Below are positions 1-11,710 of a stretch of 64,000 nucleotides of DNA, piece by piece (the stretch's first letter is position 1; each line of letters opens with the position of its first letter). The DNA is taken from positions 3,400-67,399 of the forward strand of contig JAHEAD010000010.1 of the NCBI GenBank assembly GCA_019721075.1, read 5' to 3'. The stretch comes from Candidatus Sysuiplasma jiujiangense (GTDB lineage Archaea; Thermoplasmatota; Thermoplasmata; Sysuiplasmatales; Sysuiplasmataceae). Below the pieces are notes generated by a model. That model was given only the letters and a program-made list of their open reading frames with translations. It did not search any database and was not told the origin of the DNA. The position numbers and the translations under genes were made by a program.

Positions 1-711
1 CTTCGGATCAGGCGTGGATGTTGCCAGATATACAGTATTCTGATCGATATCGCTGCTCAGAAATGCGCTTGCCTGAAGTGTGTTTATTGCTCTCCGGGAA
101 TCTCCCCTTGAGTAACGGACGATGTATTCAACGGCAGCCCTGCTGATGCGAATGCCCTCATTGTCTATGATCTTCTGCAGACACTTTTCTATGTCTGCAT
201 CGGCAAGAGGGGAAAACTGGAAGACTGCGCATCTGGACTGGATTGGATCTATTATCCTGCCCGGATAGTTTGCTGAGAAAATGAACCTGCAGCTCCTCGA
301 ATAAAGTTCCATCGTCCTCCTGAGAGCTGACTGGGCGTCGGGCGTAAGCGCATCGCTCTCATCCAGGAATATAATTTTGAATGAAGCATTGCCCAGAGGG
401 GCAGTTCGCGCAAAATTCTTGATCTTGCTCGGCACATTGTGCTCCGGATCCCCACGGACGATCTTTATACCCCTTTCATCGGAAGCGTTGAGTTCCATGA
501 AATTTTCCTTCCAGGACTCACCGAACAGCTCCCTGGCAAGTACTATGCTGCATGTGGTCTTGCCTGTTCCCGCGGGTCCTGCGAAGAGGAGGTGCGGAAG
601 ATTCCTGCTCTCGGCGTATGAACGCAGCCGGGACACAATGGCCCCCTGTCCCACGATGTCGTCAAATCTTTTTGGCCTGTACTTTTCAACCCAGAGTTCC
701 GTTTCGTCCAT
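1..711 (-). CDS. rfcS: Replication factor C small subunit (3' part runs off the window)
   Basis: My translation of the minus strand from ATG 711 gives [13 protein letters not shown]...[25 protein letters not shown]...IIDPIQSRC, the RFC boxes and SRC motif. Absent from the ORF track because there is no stop in the window. Confidence 0.95.
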   Translation of the reverse strand, partial: MDETELWVEKYRPKRFDDIVGQGAIVSRLRSYAESRNLPHLLFAGPAGTGKTTCSIVLARELFGESWKENFMELNASDERGIKIVRGDPEHNVPSKIKNFARTAPLGNASFKIIFLDESDALTPDAQSALRRTMELYSRSCRFIFSANYPGRIIDPIQSRCAVFQFSPLADADIEKCLQKIIDNEGIRISRAAVEYIVRYSRGDSRRAINTLQASAFLSSDIDQNTVYLATSTPDPK

Positions 712-807
712 GAAACCGCAACATCATTGAAGAGCATACTAAAAGCGTTTTGCCCATGATGCCCGGAAAACAAAATATCTTTATTCGCGATGCAGCTGCT
801 TAATGCC

Positions 808-1716
808 GTGAAATGTTCCTTCTGCAACCTGAATGCAATTTATTTTGCACGATACAGCGGCAGGCACTACTGCACACGGCATTTCAGCGAATCTGTAGAA
901 AAAAGGGTGAACAGGGAAGTAAGAAGACAGAATATACTGTCAAGGAATTCGACGGTATGCGTGGCTGTTTCCGGCGGGAAGGACAGCATGACAGCCCTCA
1001 AACTGATCAGGAAGGCGGCTGAAAACAGGAATGACATCAGGCTGATTGCGATTACTGTCGACGAGGGAATCACAGGCTACAGGTCAGAAGCTGCAGGGAT
1101 CGTGGGGGAGTACTGCCGCAGGGAGGGGATTGATTGGAGGTGCAGATCGTTCCGTGAAGAGGCGGGTTTCACAATGGACAGGCTTGCAGCGGCGGAGCGG
1201 CAGCGGACCACCTGCGCCTACTGCGGCGTCTTCAGAAGAAATCTGCTCAATTCAATGGCGAGGGAAGCGGGCGCGGAACGGCTGGTCACCGGACTGAATC
1301 TCGATGATACAGCACAGTCTGTAATGATGAACATGGCCAGGGGGGATACCGGAAGAATGGCAATGATGGGACCGCATTTGAATAAGGTGGAGGGCCTCGT
1401 ACCGCGTGCCCAGCCACTCCGCATGATACCTGAAAATGAAGTTCTCCTCTTTGCAATGCAGAACGGCATACCGTTTCTTCGATCGTCATGCCCTTACTCG
1501 GAAGAAGCCTCAAGAAACCTTTTCAGGGAAATCGTCCTGAAAATGGAGAGCGAAATGCCGGGAGCAAGATACTCCATTGCCAAATCTGCCGCCTCCTTTT
1601 CATCCGCGCGGAAGAAAATGAATGCGTCTAAATGCACGGCATGCGGCGATATCACCTCCGGGAATGTGTGCAGGGCGTGCACACTCAGGGAGGAGCTGAA
1701 GCACATACTCAACTGA
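808..1716 (+). CDS. tRNA 2-thiolation protein (NcsA/TtuA/Ncs6 family PP-loop ATPase)
   Basis: N-terminal CxxC...CxxH, PP-loop SGGKDS, CAYCGVFRR and a C-terminal Zn finger. Start placed at GTG 808. Confidence 0.88.
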   Translation: MKCSFCNLNAIYFARYSGRHYCTRHFSESVEKRVNREVRRQNILSRNSTVCVAVSGGKDSMTALKLIRKAAENRNDIRLIAITVDEGITGYRSEAAGIVGEYCRREGIDWRCRSFREEAGFTMDRLAAAERQRTTCAYCGVFRRNLLNSMAREAGAERLVTGLNLDDTAQSVMMNMARGDTGRMAMMGPHLNKVEGLVPRAQPLRMIPENEVLLFAMQNGIPFLRSSCPYSEEASRNLFREIVLKMESEMPGARYSIAKSAASFSSARKKMNASKCTACGDITSGNVCRACTLREELKHILN

Positions 1717-3007
1717 TCGAGCGAAGGAAATGCTCGTACCTGTAAGCAGGGTAGCCTTCACCATAACAGTATTTCAGCCTGCTGTAGCGGCGTTTGAACT
1801 TCACCACATCCTTCCTGACCGAAGCAACATCCTCCTTCCTTATCAGCAGTCTCTCGAAGAAAGATGCTATCTCCTCCATTTCATCCTTCTTCATCCCCAG
1901 ATGCGTCACTTCCTGCGTTCCCAATCTCAGACCGCTCGGATTCACCGAACTGGTGTCGTCCGGAAGAAGATTCTTGTTGACGATTATATTCGCCTTTTCG
2001 AGGAGCGTCGCGCATCCGCTGCCTCCCCCGATCTTCGAAACATTTACGGCCAGTGTGTGAGACTCTGTGAAACCGTAATTGGAGGCAAGAACATCGAAAC
2101 CCCTGTCATAGAGGGACTGCGCAAGCGCCTTCGAGTTGGCGACGATCTGCCTTGCATAGCTCCTGCCGAACCTTATCATTTCATCGAGCGCTATGCAGAG
2201 CGCGGCCATCTCATGCAGATGGTGGTTGCTTGTCACGCCGGGAAAAACGCCGCGCATAAGAGCCTTCTCCATCTCCTCGCTTTTGGGATTTGCGAGGACT
2301 ATGCCGTGATTTGGACCGGGAAACGTCTTGTGGGTGCTCGCCGATATAACATGCGCGCCTTCCCTCAGCGGGTCCTGGAACTGTTTTCCCGCAATCAGTC
2401 CGAGAACATGGGCACCGTCATACCAGACAGTGCATCCCACTTCACTGAAAACATCCGAAAGCTCCCTGAGCGGAGCGGGAAACAGGAAAAGCGACATGCC
2501 GAAGAGCGCAACCTTCGGTTTCACTTCCCTCAGTACTTTTGCCGTGCCGTCAATATCGAGCGCCATTCTTTCCCTGTCGAACGGATATGTCACCGTCTTC
2601 AGTCCCCTGAAGCCCACTGCGCCGAACCTTGCTGTTGAAATGTGTGCCCCGTCAGACAGCGCCGGTGCGGTAATTGTTTCGCCCGGAGCGGTCAGGCCGA
2701 AAAGAACAGCCATATTTGCGACTGTGCCCGATATTGGCCTGAGGTCGGCGAAATTGCAGTTGAAGAGCTTCTTTGCGAGCTCGATACCCTTCAGCTCCAC
2801 CCTGTCCACAAACTCGTTTCCCTGGTAGTACCTGTGACCGGGCCATCCCTCGGCGTATCTTCCGTTGAAGTCCGAGTTGAGCATTTCCCGCTGAAGGGGG
2901 CTTATAACATTCTCCGATGCAATGAGCGGAATTGATTCTTCAAAAAATCTGTTGTGCCTCATCACATTGTCCCGAACATAGGCGGAACTTCTCGATATTC
3001 CCTTCAT
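1709..3007 (-). CDS. glyA: Serine hydroxymethyltransferase
   Basis: LIASEN, YAEGWPGHRYYQG and the PLP-lysine motif STHKTFPGP. Confidence 0.97.
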   Translation of the reverse strand: MKGISRSSAYVRDNVMRHNRFFEESIPLIASENVISPLQREMLNSDFNGRYAEGWPGHRYYQGNEFVDRVELKGIELAKKLFNCNFADLRPISGTVANMAVLFGLTAPGETITAPALSDGAHISTARFGAVGFRGLKTVTYPFDRERMALDIDGTAKVLREVKPKVALFGMSLFLFPAPLRELSDVFSEVGCTVWYDGAHVLGLIAGKQFQDPLREGAHVISASTHKTFPGPNHGIVLANPKSEEMEKALMRGVFPGVTSNHHLHEMAALCIALDEMIRFGRSYARQIVANSKALAQSLYDRGFDVLASNYGFTESHTLAVNVSKIGGGSGCATLLEKANIIVNKNLLPDDTSSVNPSGLRLGTQEVTHLGMKKDEMEEIASFFERLLIRKEDVASVRKDVVKFKRRYSRLKYCYGEGYPAYRYEHFLRSIS

Positions 3008-3150
3008 ATTGGAGGACTAAGCAAGCTGACCATTTAATTATATTGAAGGCCGGGAGCTGAAGGAGGAGGGCAGGCATGATACTGAAAGCGAGGGAATCTG
3101 ACAGACACCAATAAATATTGATTAGAAGCATCCGAAAAGAAAGTGATAAA

Positions 3151-3885
3151 TTGGGTGGTGACGGACCGGAGACTGAAATCGCAAGGATACCGACCAATAT
3201 CGAGGGGTTTGACGCCGAGCTTGAGGGCGGCATACCATTCGGCTCGATAGTTCTTATTGCCGGAACACCGGGAACGATGAAGTCGACAGTTGCGTTCAAC
3301 ATGATGTATTCCAATGCAGTGAGTAAAAAAGTGCGCGGCGTCTACCTTACGCTGGAGCAGAACAGAATCAGTCTTGAGAGACAGATGAGGCGATTCGGCA
3401 TGAGTGTCGAGTCCGGCGGTGACAGAATGCGAGTGCTGGATTTCGGCATAGTGCGGAAGAATCTCAAACAGCTTACAGCAAAGAGGAGCTGGCTCGAAGT
3501 TTTCAAGATGTACGTGACAAATCTCAAGGACAGCGTTTCCTTCGACTTTCTCGTCATAGATTCGCTGGACGTGCTGGAAACCGCAGCCAGCCTGCAGAAC
3601 AGAAGAGACGAGCTGTTCTACTTCTTTGAGTGGATGAGGGGACTCGATTCCACCGTCCTCCTTACAATGGAGTCTCCTGCCGACAGGATAGCCCACATGG
3701 GAAAGGACGAAACATATCTTGCCGACGGCATTATTGCGCTTTCGACACAGGATTTGAGCGACGTAGACGTGCAGAGGAGGATAAGATGCATGAAGATGAG
3801 GGCGACAAACCACAGCATGGACTCATTTACATTCCTGTTTGAAAACGGCAGATTCATGGCGATAAGAGCCATATCCAAGCCATGA
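3151..3885 (+). CDS. KaiC/RecA-superfamily single-domain ATPase
   Basis: IPTNIEGFDAELEGGIP, Walker A GTPGTMKS, Walker B LVIDS, YLADGII and KMR. Start placed at TTG 3151. Confidence 0.88.
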   Translation: MGGDGPETEIARIPTNIEGFDAELEGGIPFGSIVLIAGTPGTMKSTVAFNMMYSNAVSKKVRGVYLTLEQNRISLERQMRRFGMSVESGGDRMRVLDFGIVRKNLKQLTAKRSWLEVFKMYVTNLKDSVSFDFLVIDSLDVLETAASLQNRRDELFYFFEWMRGLDSTVLLTMESPADRIAHMGKDETYLADGIIALSTQDLSDVDVQRRIRCMKMRATNHSMDSFTFLFENGRFMAIRAISKP

Positions 3886-4028
3886 CAGAACGAACATCCA
3901 GGCCGTTGCAGATGAAACTGGGAAGAATCATTCCGCCGCGGCGCGCAGCCGCTTGCGGATAAAGGATTTTCGGCCGGCTCGTCTGACGCTGTTGGTGGAC
4001 TCTCTGCGTTTGCACACTTGATATACAA

Positions 4029-5496
<1,468 letters not shown>

Positions 5497-5782
5497 CTGG
5501 CCGCATAAATGCGGCTGGGCAATCGCCCGATATTATTCATGAATTGGCAAAGAGACACTCACATCAACCAACAACGTCAGAATCGAGAGTTCACGGCCAG
5601 CCGGGGTTCTCGATTCCCCACTAATGTGAACGATTACGAACAGATTTGTTTCACAGCAGGCACAATGCCAGCTCACAATCTCGCCGGTAATCAGTTCAGT
5701 AACAGATGCTAAGAAGCAATGGGTATTTATTGCTTGCTGTCAGCTGATTTGCTTGTTCCCGACCCGGATGGCACATATTTGA

Positions 5783-5977
5783 TTACTGCGTTACTCTCAG
5801 AAGATCCAAAGCGGCGAAACCCCGGAACAGGTTTTTTATTTTGGCGCCAGATTGGGTTTCGGGAGCAAGGTCACCAAATACGCTATGATGCTTATGGGCT
5901 TTTGGCACCCTTCTGATCAACGGAGGGATGTGTTGAGGGGGTGCATTCTTATCCCTCTCATTTATGAGTTTTCTCAT
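5783..5977 (-). CDS. Small basic hypothetical protein (64 aa)
   Basis: ATG ORF starting 4 nt after the stop of 5982-6125; no family recognised. Confidence 0.35.
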   Translation of the reverse strand: MRKLINERDKNAPPQHIPPLIRRVPKAHKHHSVFGDLAPETQSGAKIKNLFRGFAALDLLRVTQ

Positions 5978-5981
5978 TGCC

Positions 5982-6125
5982 TCATGGAAATATGAAGGAA
6001 TCGAGCAGCGTCTGCATGAAGCACGACGCCTTCCTCACCGTGCTCTTCACTCTCGCCTTTATTCCCGTCTCCTTCGTGCTGCCTGATGTGTGTTTGTGGT
6101 GGCCATATCCCCGCAGCCTTGCCAT
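5982..6125 (-). CDS. Small basic hypothetical protein (47 aa)
   Basis: My translation is MARLRGYGHHKHTSGSTKETGIKARVKSTVRKASCFMQTLLDSFIFP; it is below the ORF-track cutoff. Confidence 0.35.
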   Translation of the reverse strand: MARLRGYGHHKHTSGSTKETGIKARVKSTVRKASCFMQTLLDSFIFP

Positions 6126-6576
6126 GAATTCCTTACTGCATCTTTTGCAGACAAATTTCTGGTTCTACACACCGCTAAGCTGGGTAAACGTAAATGTGAC
6201 AATAACGAAAATATTACCGGTCAGAGAAACAGGGCATTCTGTTTCTTCTTTTTCCGCCCTTGAAGCGCCGGAGACACTGGTCATGGCTTCAACAAGGCAC
6301 TGAGTTTTTGATTTTGTGATTAAACTTGTTGGTGTCTGAGACGAAACTGCACTCAAGGTTCGATTGACGGCCCTTTTTCGATGGGGAATGGTGTCGTCCC
6401 GAAGTGGTCATCCGCCAGACTGTTGAGATTCAGCGTACCGGTCTCTATTTCATCTGTGTTACCAGCACGGAGAATTTGCTGCCTAAACACCGAAAACATC
6501 TGAATTCAGGAGCAAATCCTTTGATAACAAAGAAATTAAAAGCATACAGTCATACAGGAAAGCGGGATGCGCTCAG

Positions 6577-8052
6577 ATGGTTGAGGCTGCGTTTAGATCG
6601 GATGCCGGAAAGGATGACGACAATACAGACCTGGAACAGGAAGGCGTCGTTTTCGGAAAAACAGGCACCTATAAATTCGATTTTGTGGTAACAGGCGAAA
6701 TTGAACGGAACAATTACATCCAGGTCCGGCACCATGAACACGGATGGCTCCTCGCATACGTGAACGAGGTGCAGATACAGACGGACCTGTCTGATGGGGG
6801 TGCAAAGAGAATTGGTGCAGGTGAGGAAATACAGTTTGAGAGATCGGACATAGGGCATGCCTCCGTCATCGGTTTTCCGGACGGCCGCGGAGGAATGTCC
6901 CAGCCCGGAACACCGGTTGCGCCCGGGAGCCGGGTTTTCAGGGCTTCTGATGAACTGATATCCAGCACGCTCGGACTGAACAACAGGAAAAACGGTGCCT
7001 TCATAGGACACCTCAGAGGGAGAAATATTCCCGTCGTCCTCGACATAAACGTGATGGTTCAGAAGCACATCTCCGTAATGGCCAAGACCGGCGGAGGGAA
7101 AAGCTACCTCGCCGGCGTGATAATCGAGGAGATGATTAAGAACGGTGTTACCGTTGTGATACTTGACCCACATGGCGAATACGGAACTCTGAGGGAGAGG
7201 AGGAGTGCAGCTGACGCCTCATGTGATTACCCGGGCATCGTAAGGGAATTTGCATTCGACACCGAAATAAACAGCGGCGCCTCAAAGATGCTGCTGACGC
7301 TGTCAAACTTCACACCCCAGGAATTACTCTCTCTTACCTCATTCAGGGAGAGCAGACAGCACCTGATGCTTCTGACCGCGGTAATGGAAGAGGCGAAAAG
7401 CGGCGGCAGCTGCGATCTGCGCATGATTGCGGAAAAACTCGATAGTGCGGACAGCCAGTATTCAAAGCAGCTCGCGTCGGAGCTTAGATCGATTGACGGC
7501 ACCGGCATATTTGTCACGGAAGGCACAAAGATAACGGAAATGGTAGTTCAGGGGAAGACGACAGTGCTCAATCTCAAGGGAACCTCTCCGGAACTTCAGT
7601 CTCTTTTCGTCAAAAGGATGCTGACCGCACTCTTCGAACTCAGGAAAAGGAAGAAAATCCCGCCACTGCTCGCTGTTTTGGAGGAGGCGCATAACTTCTG
7701 CCCGCAGCAGGGGAAAACCGATGCCAGCAGAATAATACGGACAATCGCATCAGAGGGAAGGAAATTCGGACTCGGTCTTATGGTGATAACACAGCGCGCT
7801 GCAAAGGTGGACAAGAATGTAATCAGCCAGTGCAACACGCAGTTCATACTCAAGATAACAAATCCGATAGACCTGAAGGTCGTCTACAGCTCAATCGAGG
7901 GGCTTACGCAGGAAATTGTCGAGGAGGTTCCCAGGCTACAGACGGGCGTATGCATAGGCATAGGCGGTGGACTTCAGCTTCCGATGATCATCGAAGTGCG
8001 CGAGAGGGAAACGGTCCATGGCGGAGACAGCACAAACGTGGTGAACGGATGA
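6577..8052 (+). CDS. HerA-family ATPase (HAS barrel + DUF87-like domain)
   Basis: KHISVMAKTGGGKS, ILDPHGEY, LEEAHNF, EGRKFG, ITQR and SQCNT. Confidence 0.9.
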   Translation: MVEAAFRSDAGKDDDNTDLEQEGVVFGKTGTYKFDFVVTGEIERNNYIQVRHHEHGWLLAYVNEVQIQTDLSDGGAKRIGAGEEIQFERSDIGHASVIGFPDGRGGMSQPGTPVAPGSRVFRASDELISSTLGLNNRKNGAFIGHLRGRNIPVVLDINVMVQKHISVMAKTGGGKSYLAGVIIEEMIKNGVTVVILDPHGEYGTLRERRSAADASCDYPGIVREFAFDTEINSGASKMLLTLSNFTPQELLSLTSFRESRQHLMLLTAVMEEAKSGGSCDLRMIAEKLDSADSQYSKQLASELRSIDGTGIFVTEGTKITEMVVQGKTTVLNLKGTSPELQSLFVKRMLTALFELRKRKKIPPLLAVLEEAHNFCPQQGKTDASRIIRTIASEGRKFGLGLMVITQRAAKVDKNVISQCNTQFILKITNPIDLKVVYSSIEGLTQEIVEEVPRLQTGVCIGIGGGLQLPMIIEVRERETVHGGDSTNVVNG

Positions 8053-8345
8053 AGAATGACAGAATAACGGAAGAGAAGATAGGCAAGTACACCCGGATGA
8101 CAGCGGCTGCGCTGCAGAAGATAAGCATAGCCATACCGGAACAGGGCTCGCTCAGAAGGAATGCCGATGACTTCCTCAGAATGGCGACGAACTACTTCAA
8201 CGACTCCAGGCACTTTTATTCGAAGGGCGATCTTGTGAACGCTTTTGCCTGCATCAACTATGCTTACGGCTGGATAGACGCCGGTGCAAGGTTGGGCTTC
8301 TTCAACGTAGGTGCCGACAGCGTGATGTTCACGCTTTCCGTCTGA
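8049..8345 (+). CDS. DUF357-family protein
   Basis: MATNYFNDSRHF...GDLVNAFACINYAYGWIDAGARLG; ATGA overlap with the HerA stop. Confidence 0.85.
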   Translation: MKNDRITEEKIGKYTRMTAAALQKISIAIPEQGSLRRNADDFLRMATNYFNDSRHFYSKGDLVNAFACINYAYGWIDAGARLGFFNVGADSVMFTLSV

Positions 8346-8367
8346 CGAACGGATACCGGCTGCGCGG

Positions 8368-9549
8368 TTATTTGAGACGTGCGACCTTCGCAATCAGGGC
8401 TTCCGCGAGCTCCCTCTTTGTCCCTGTGACTGTCTGCACACCGTCCGCGTCGATTATATGCGCCCTCGTGTTTTCAGCAGAGACATCATCAAGGCTGTTC
8501 GCCACAATGATGTCGAACTTTCCTTTCCTCATCCTCTTCCTTGCGCTTTCAATTACATGCGCGTCGTCGCCTATTTCTGCCTTGAACGCAACGAGCGCCC
8601 TGCATCTGTCTCTCACCTCGTCCACGAACTTGGGAGCCCTCTTCAGCCTCAGTGACAGTTCACTCCCCGAAGATATTTTGCCGCTCCTCTTCTCAGGCAC
8701 AAAATCCGGAAGTGAAGCCGGAACAATGACTATGTCAAATTTTCTGCCGGATATATTCGCGCTCAGATCGGAGAGCCTCCGGAATGGCCTTGAACCGACA
8801 AATGAGGGTATCTCGGCATCCATCCTGCCGTACCAGAGCATAACGTTTGCCTTCTGCTCATATGCACAGGTTGCGATTTCGACAGCAGTCCTGCCGCTGC
8901 TCCTGCTTGTAATAAAGCGGACATCGTCGAATGACTCCTCGCCCGCTCCGCCGACGACAAGCACGTTTCTCCTCTTCAGAAGGCCGGCAGAAAAACACCG
9001 TGATGCCTCGGCGAGTATCGTGCTCGCATCAAGCAGTTTGGCCTCGTTTTCCGCCACGACTGCGGGAAGCACGTTTATCCCCTGCCTTCTCAGCCTTTCC
9101 ATATTCACCTTCACAAAGGGGTTGTCCATCATCGATGCACCCATCGAAGGTGCCACAATCATCGGCACTCCGCAGCCCAGAGCATTCAGGCAGAGCGCGC
9201 TCACTGCATCGTCCGCAAGGCCATGCGAAATCTTGCCGATAATATCGGCAGTTGCAGGTGCAACGATAACAGCGACACGTTCCCCGGAAACAGCCGAAAT
9301 GTGCTCGACCGCACCGGTAAGCGATGTGACGGGTTCGTTGCCGCTTGCGAAATGGAGCGCATCCGGACAGATTATTCTGCATGCGGCCTCCGTCATGAAA
9401 GGTACAACCCTCGCTCCGTGCCTGATCAGCTCGCGGGCAAGTTTCACTGTCTCTGTGGCAGCAATGCTTCCGGTAACGCACAGCAGTATGGTGTTTCCAC
9501 CGAGTCTCCGGTCCTTGCTGCCAAAAATCCTTTCAGAAGGGTGCATCAC
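8368..9549 (-). CDS. coaBC: Phosphopantothenoylcysteine decarboxylase/ligase
   Basis: VTGSIAA, APATADIIGK, DDVRFITSRSSG, AFKAE and IVANS. Confidence 0.93.
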   Translation of the reverse strand: MMHPSERIFGSKDRRLGGNTILLCVTGSIAATETVKLARELIRHGARVVPFMTEAACRIICPDALHFASGNEPVTSLTGAVEHISAVSGERVAVIVAPATADIIGKISHGLADDAVSALCLNALGCGVPMIVAPSMGASMMDNPFVKVNMERLRRQGINVLPAVVAENEAKLLDASTILAEASRCFSAGLLKRRNVLVVGGAGEESFDDVRFITSRSSGRTAVEIATCAYEQKANVMLWYGRMDAEIPSFVGSRPFRRLSDLSANISGRKFDIVIVPASLPDFVPEKRSGKISSGSELSLRLKRAPKFVDEVRDRCRALVAFKAEIGDDAHVIESARKRMRKGKFDIIVANSLDDVSAENTRAHIIDADGVQTVTGTKRELAEALIAKVARLK

Positions 9550-10181
9550 TTCACTTCCAGGCTTCTCTTTATGAACACAAGTGCATCTTTCTGCACATCT
9601 TCAATCTGTCTGTCGGAATTTATCCTTATCTTCCTTCCACAGAATCGTTCATATTCCCTGCTGTAAATGCGTGAAACCTCACCCAGGAAATCTTCCGATT
9701 CAAAGTCAGACCGTCCTGACTTTCTTGCAATTACCCGGCGCATGGCGGCGGACGGCGTGCTTTCCAGATATACGAGTATATCGGGTATACCCAGAAACGG
9801 TTCGTTTATCGAACGCAGCCATTCATTCATGTCGATACCGCGCATCGAGAACTGCGCGCCCTGATAGGCAAGTGTTGACATGAAATACCTGTCGCAGAGC
9901 ACGGTTCTCCCTTCGGCTGCCCATTTTTCCATCAGGAGCGTGTGGCCTGCCCTGTCACAGGTGAACAGAAGGGCACTGCATCTGATGGCATCAATGCGCG
10001 ACTTCGAGAAGAACGATTCGAAACCTCTTGCCGTCTCCAGTACCTTTCTGTCATACGGCTCGGAGGTGAGCTTTACACTCATTTCCTTCCTCAGCTTTGA
10101 GTACACGTAACGCGAAACGGATGTTTTACCGCTTCCGTCAATGCCCTCAAAAACAACAATGGCTGATTTTTTTCTCGCCAT
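9546..10181 (-). CDS. tmk: Thymidylate kinase
   Basis: FEGIDGSGKTS and CDRYFMSTLAYQG. Start placed at ATG 10181. Confidence 0.93.
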   Translation of the reverse strand: MARKKSAIVVFEGIDGSGKTSVSRYVYSKLRKEMSVKLTSEPYDRKVLETARGFESFFSKSRIDAIRCSALLFTCDRAGHTLLMEKWAAEGRTVLCDRYFMSTLAYQGAQFSMRGIDMNEWLRSINEPFLGIPDILVYLESTPSAAMRRVIARKSGRSDFESEDFLGEVSRIYSREYERFCGRKIRINSDRQIEDVQKDALVFIKRSLEVK

Positions 10182-10249
10182 CTTACCCCCATACTGCCAG
10201 GTATATTGAATAAACACGTACCGTGAGAACTGTGAATCCTCCGGACCTG

Positions 10250-11710
10250 CTATGCGCCGCCAATCCTCCCGAAATCCTTCCAGGTGAAAACCATTTCCCT
10301 GGCTGCCTTCACCTCATTTATCCTCTTTCTGGGTGTCGAATGAGGAGAGTTTTTGAGGAGTTCTGCCGGCTCCCCGGCGATCCTGTTGAACGCATCGGCA
10401 ACGAAATCCACGGACTGCTTTGACAGGTTTTCTGTAGGCTCTATCATCAGCGCTTCGCCTACAATGAGAGGAAAGTATATCGTGGGGGGATGGACTCCAT
10501 AATCTATCAGTCTCTTGGATATGTCCAGTGCGGTTATGCCCTTTTCCGACTTCAGTCTGCCTGCACTCGCCACAAACTCGTGCTTCTTCAGCCTCTTATA
10601 CGGAATTTCGAACGAGGAGGACAGTCTGGCCATCAGATAATTTGAATTGAGAACCGCCTGTTCGCTGTTGCGCCTTAGGCCGTCCTTTCCATTGAGCAGG
10701 ATGTAGACATATGCCCTGAGGAGTATGCCGAAATTGCCGTAGAAGGAATGAAGCTTTCCTATACTGTCCGGCCTGCTGTAGTCAAAACTGTAGCGGCTGC
10801 CCTTCTTCACAATCCTCGGCACGGGAAGAAATCTTGAAAGATGTTTCTTCACCCCGACGGGGCCTGCCCCCGGTCCGCCGCCTCCATGCGGTGTCGCAAA
10901 TGTCTTGTGCAGGTTGAAATGGACTATGTCGAAGCCCATGAGGCCCGGACTGGTTTTGCCCACAATTGCGTTCATGTTTGCGCCGTCATAATAGAGCAGA
11001 CCTCCCCTGCCGTGCACGATGTCCGCAATCTCCTCGACCTTCTCCTCGAAAAGGCCGAGCGTATTGGGATTGGTGAGCATGAGAGCGGCAACATCATCTG
11101 TCATCGCTTCCCTCAGTATCTTGGTGTCGACCATGCCTCTGTCTGACGGAAGCTCGACAACCTCGTATCCTGCCATGGCAGCGCTCGCCGGATTGGTCCC
11201 ATGCGCCGAATCCGGTACAAGAACGCGTTTCCTGGTTTCGCCCAGACTCCTGAAATGTGCTCGCGTAATCAGCATGCCGGCAAATTCACCCTGGGCACCT
11301 CCTGCCGGCTGGAGGCTCACCTCATCCATGCCGGAGATTTCTGCGAGGTATCTTTCGAGCTCGTACATCAGGCGGAGGGCCCCCTGCGCCGTTTCCGCCG
11401 GCTGAAGCGGATGCAGTCTGGTCACCTTGTTATCGGAAGCAATGTTCTCGGAAATCTTCGGGTTGTATTTCATCGTACAGGAACCGAGTAGGTGCGGGCC
11501 GTTGTCAACGGAATAATTCATCTGAGAGAGGTTAACATAATGCCTCATGAGATCGCGTTCAGATATGCCGGGAAGATTCAGCTCCCGCCTGTTGAGTCTT
11601 CCCTTGTCGATTCTCTCTGACGCGGGAACTTTCCTGTCGAAACCGAAGACCGGAGGCGAGTGTATTTCGTTCAGCAGCGGCTCGTCCCACTCAGCCTGAG
11701 CGAAAGTCAT
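10250..11710 (-). CDS. gcvPB: Glycine dehydrogenase (decarboxylating) subunit 2
   Basis: LGSCTMKYNP, SAHGTNPASA and NLHKTFATPHGGGGPG. Start overlaps the gcvPA stop. Confidence 0.96.
   Translation of the reverse strand: MTFAQAEWDEPLLNEIHSPPVFGFDRKVPASERIDKGRLNRRELNLPGISERDLMRHYVNLSQMNYSVDNGPHLLGSCTMKYNPKISENIASDNKVTRLHPLQPAETAQGALRLMYELERYLAEISGMDEVSLQPAGGAQGEFAGMLITRAHFRSLGETRKRVLVPDSAHGTNPASAAMAGYEVVELPSDRGMVDTKILREAMTDDVAALMLTNPNTLGLFEEKVEEIADIVHGRGGLLYYDGANMNAIVGKTSPGLMGFDIVHFNLHKTFATPHGGGGPGAGPVGVKKHLSRFLPVPRIVKKGSRYSFDYSRPDSIGKLHSFYGNFGILLRAYVYILLNGKDGLRRNSEQAVLNSNYLMARLSSSFEIPYKRLKKHEFVASAGRLKSEKGITALDISKRLIDYGVHPPTIYFPLIVGEALMIEPTENLSKQSVDFVADAFNRIAGEPAELLKNSPHSTPRKRINEVKAAREMVFTWKDFGRIGGA

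Noticed and set aside
1730-2638. Long antisense or alternate-frame ORFs (also 8372-9574, 18566-19531, 28039-28845, 31941-33227, 35129-35887, 36307-37005)
   Set aside because: They shadow well-supported genes and have no recognisable motifs.
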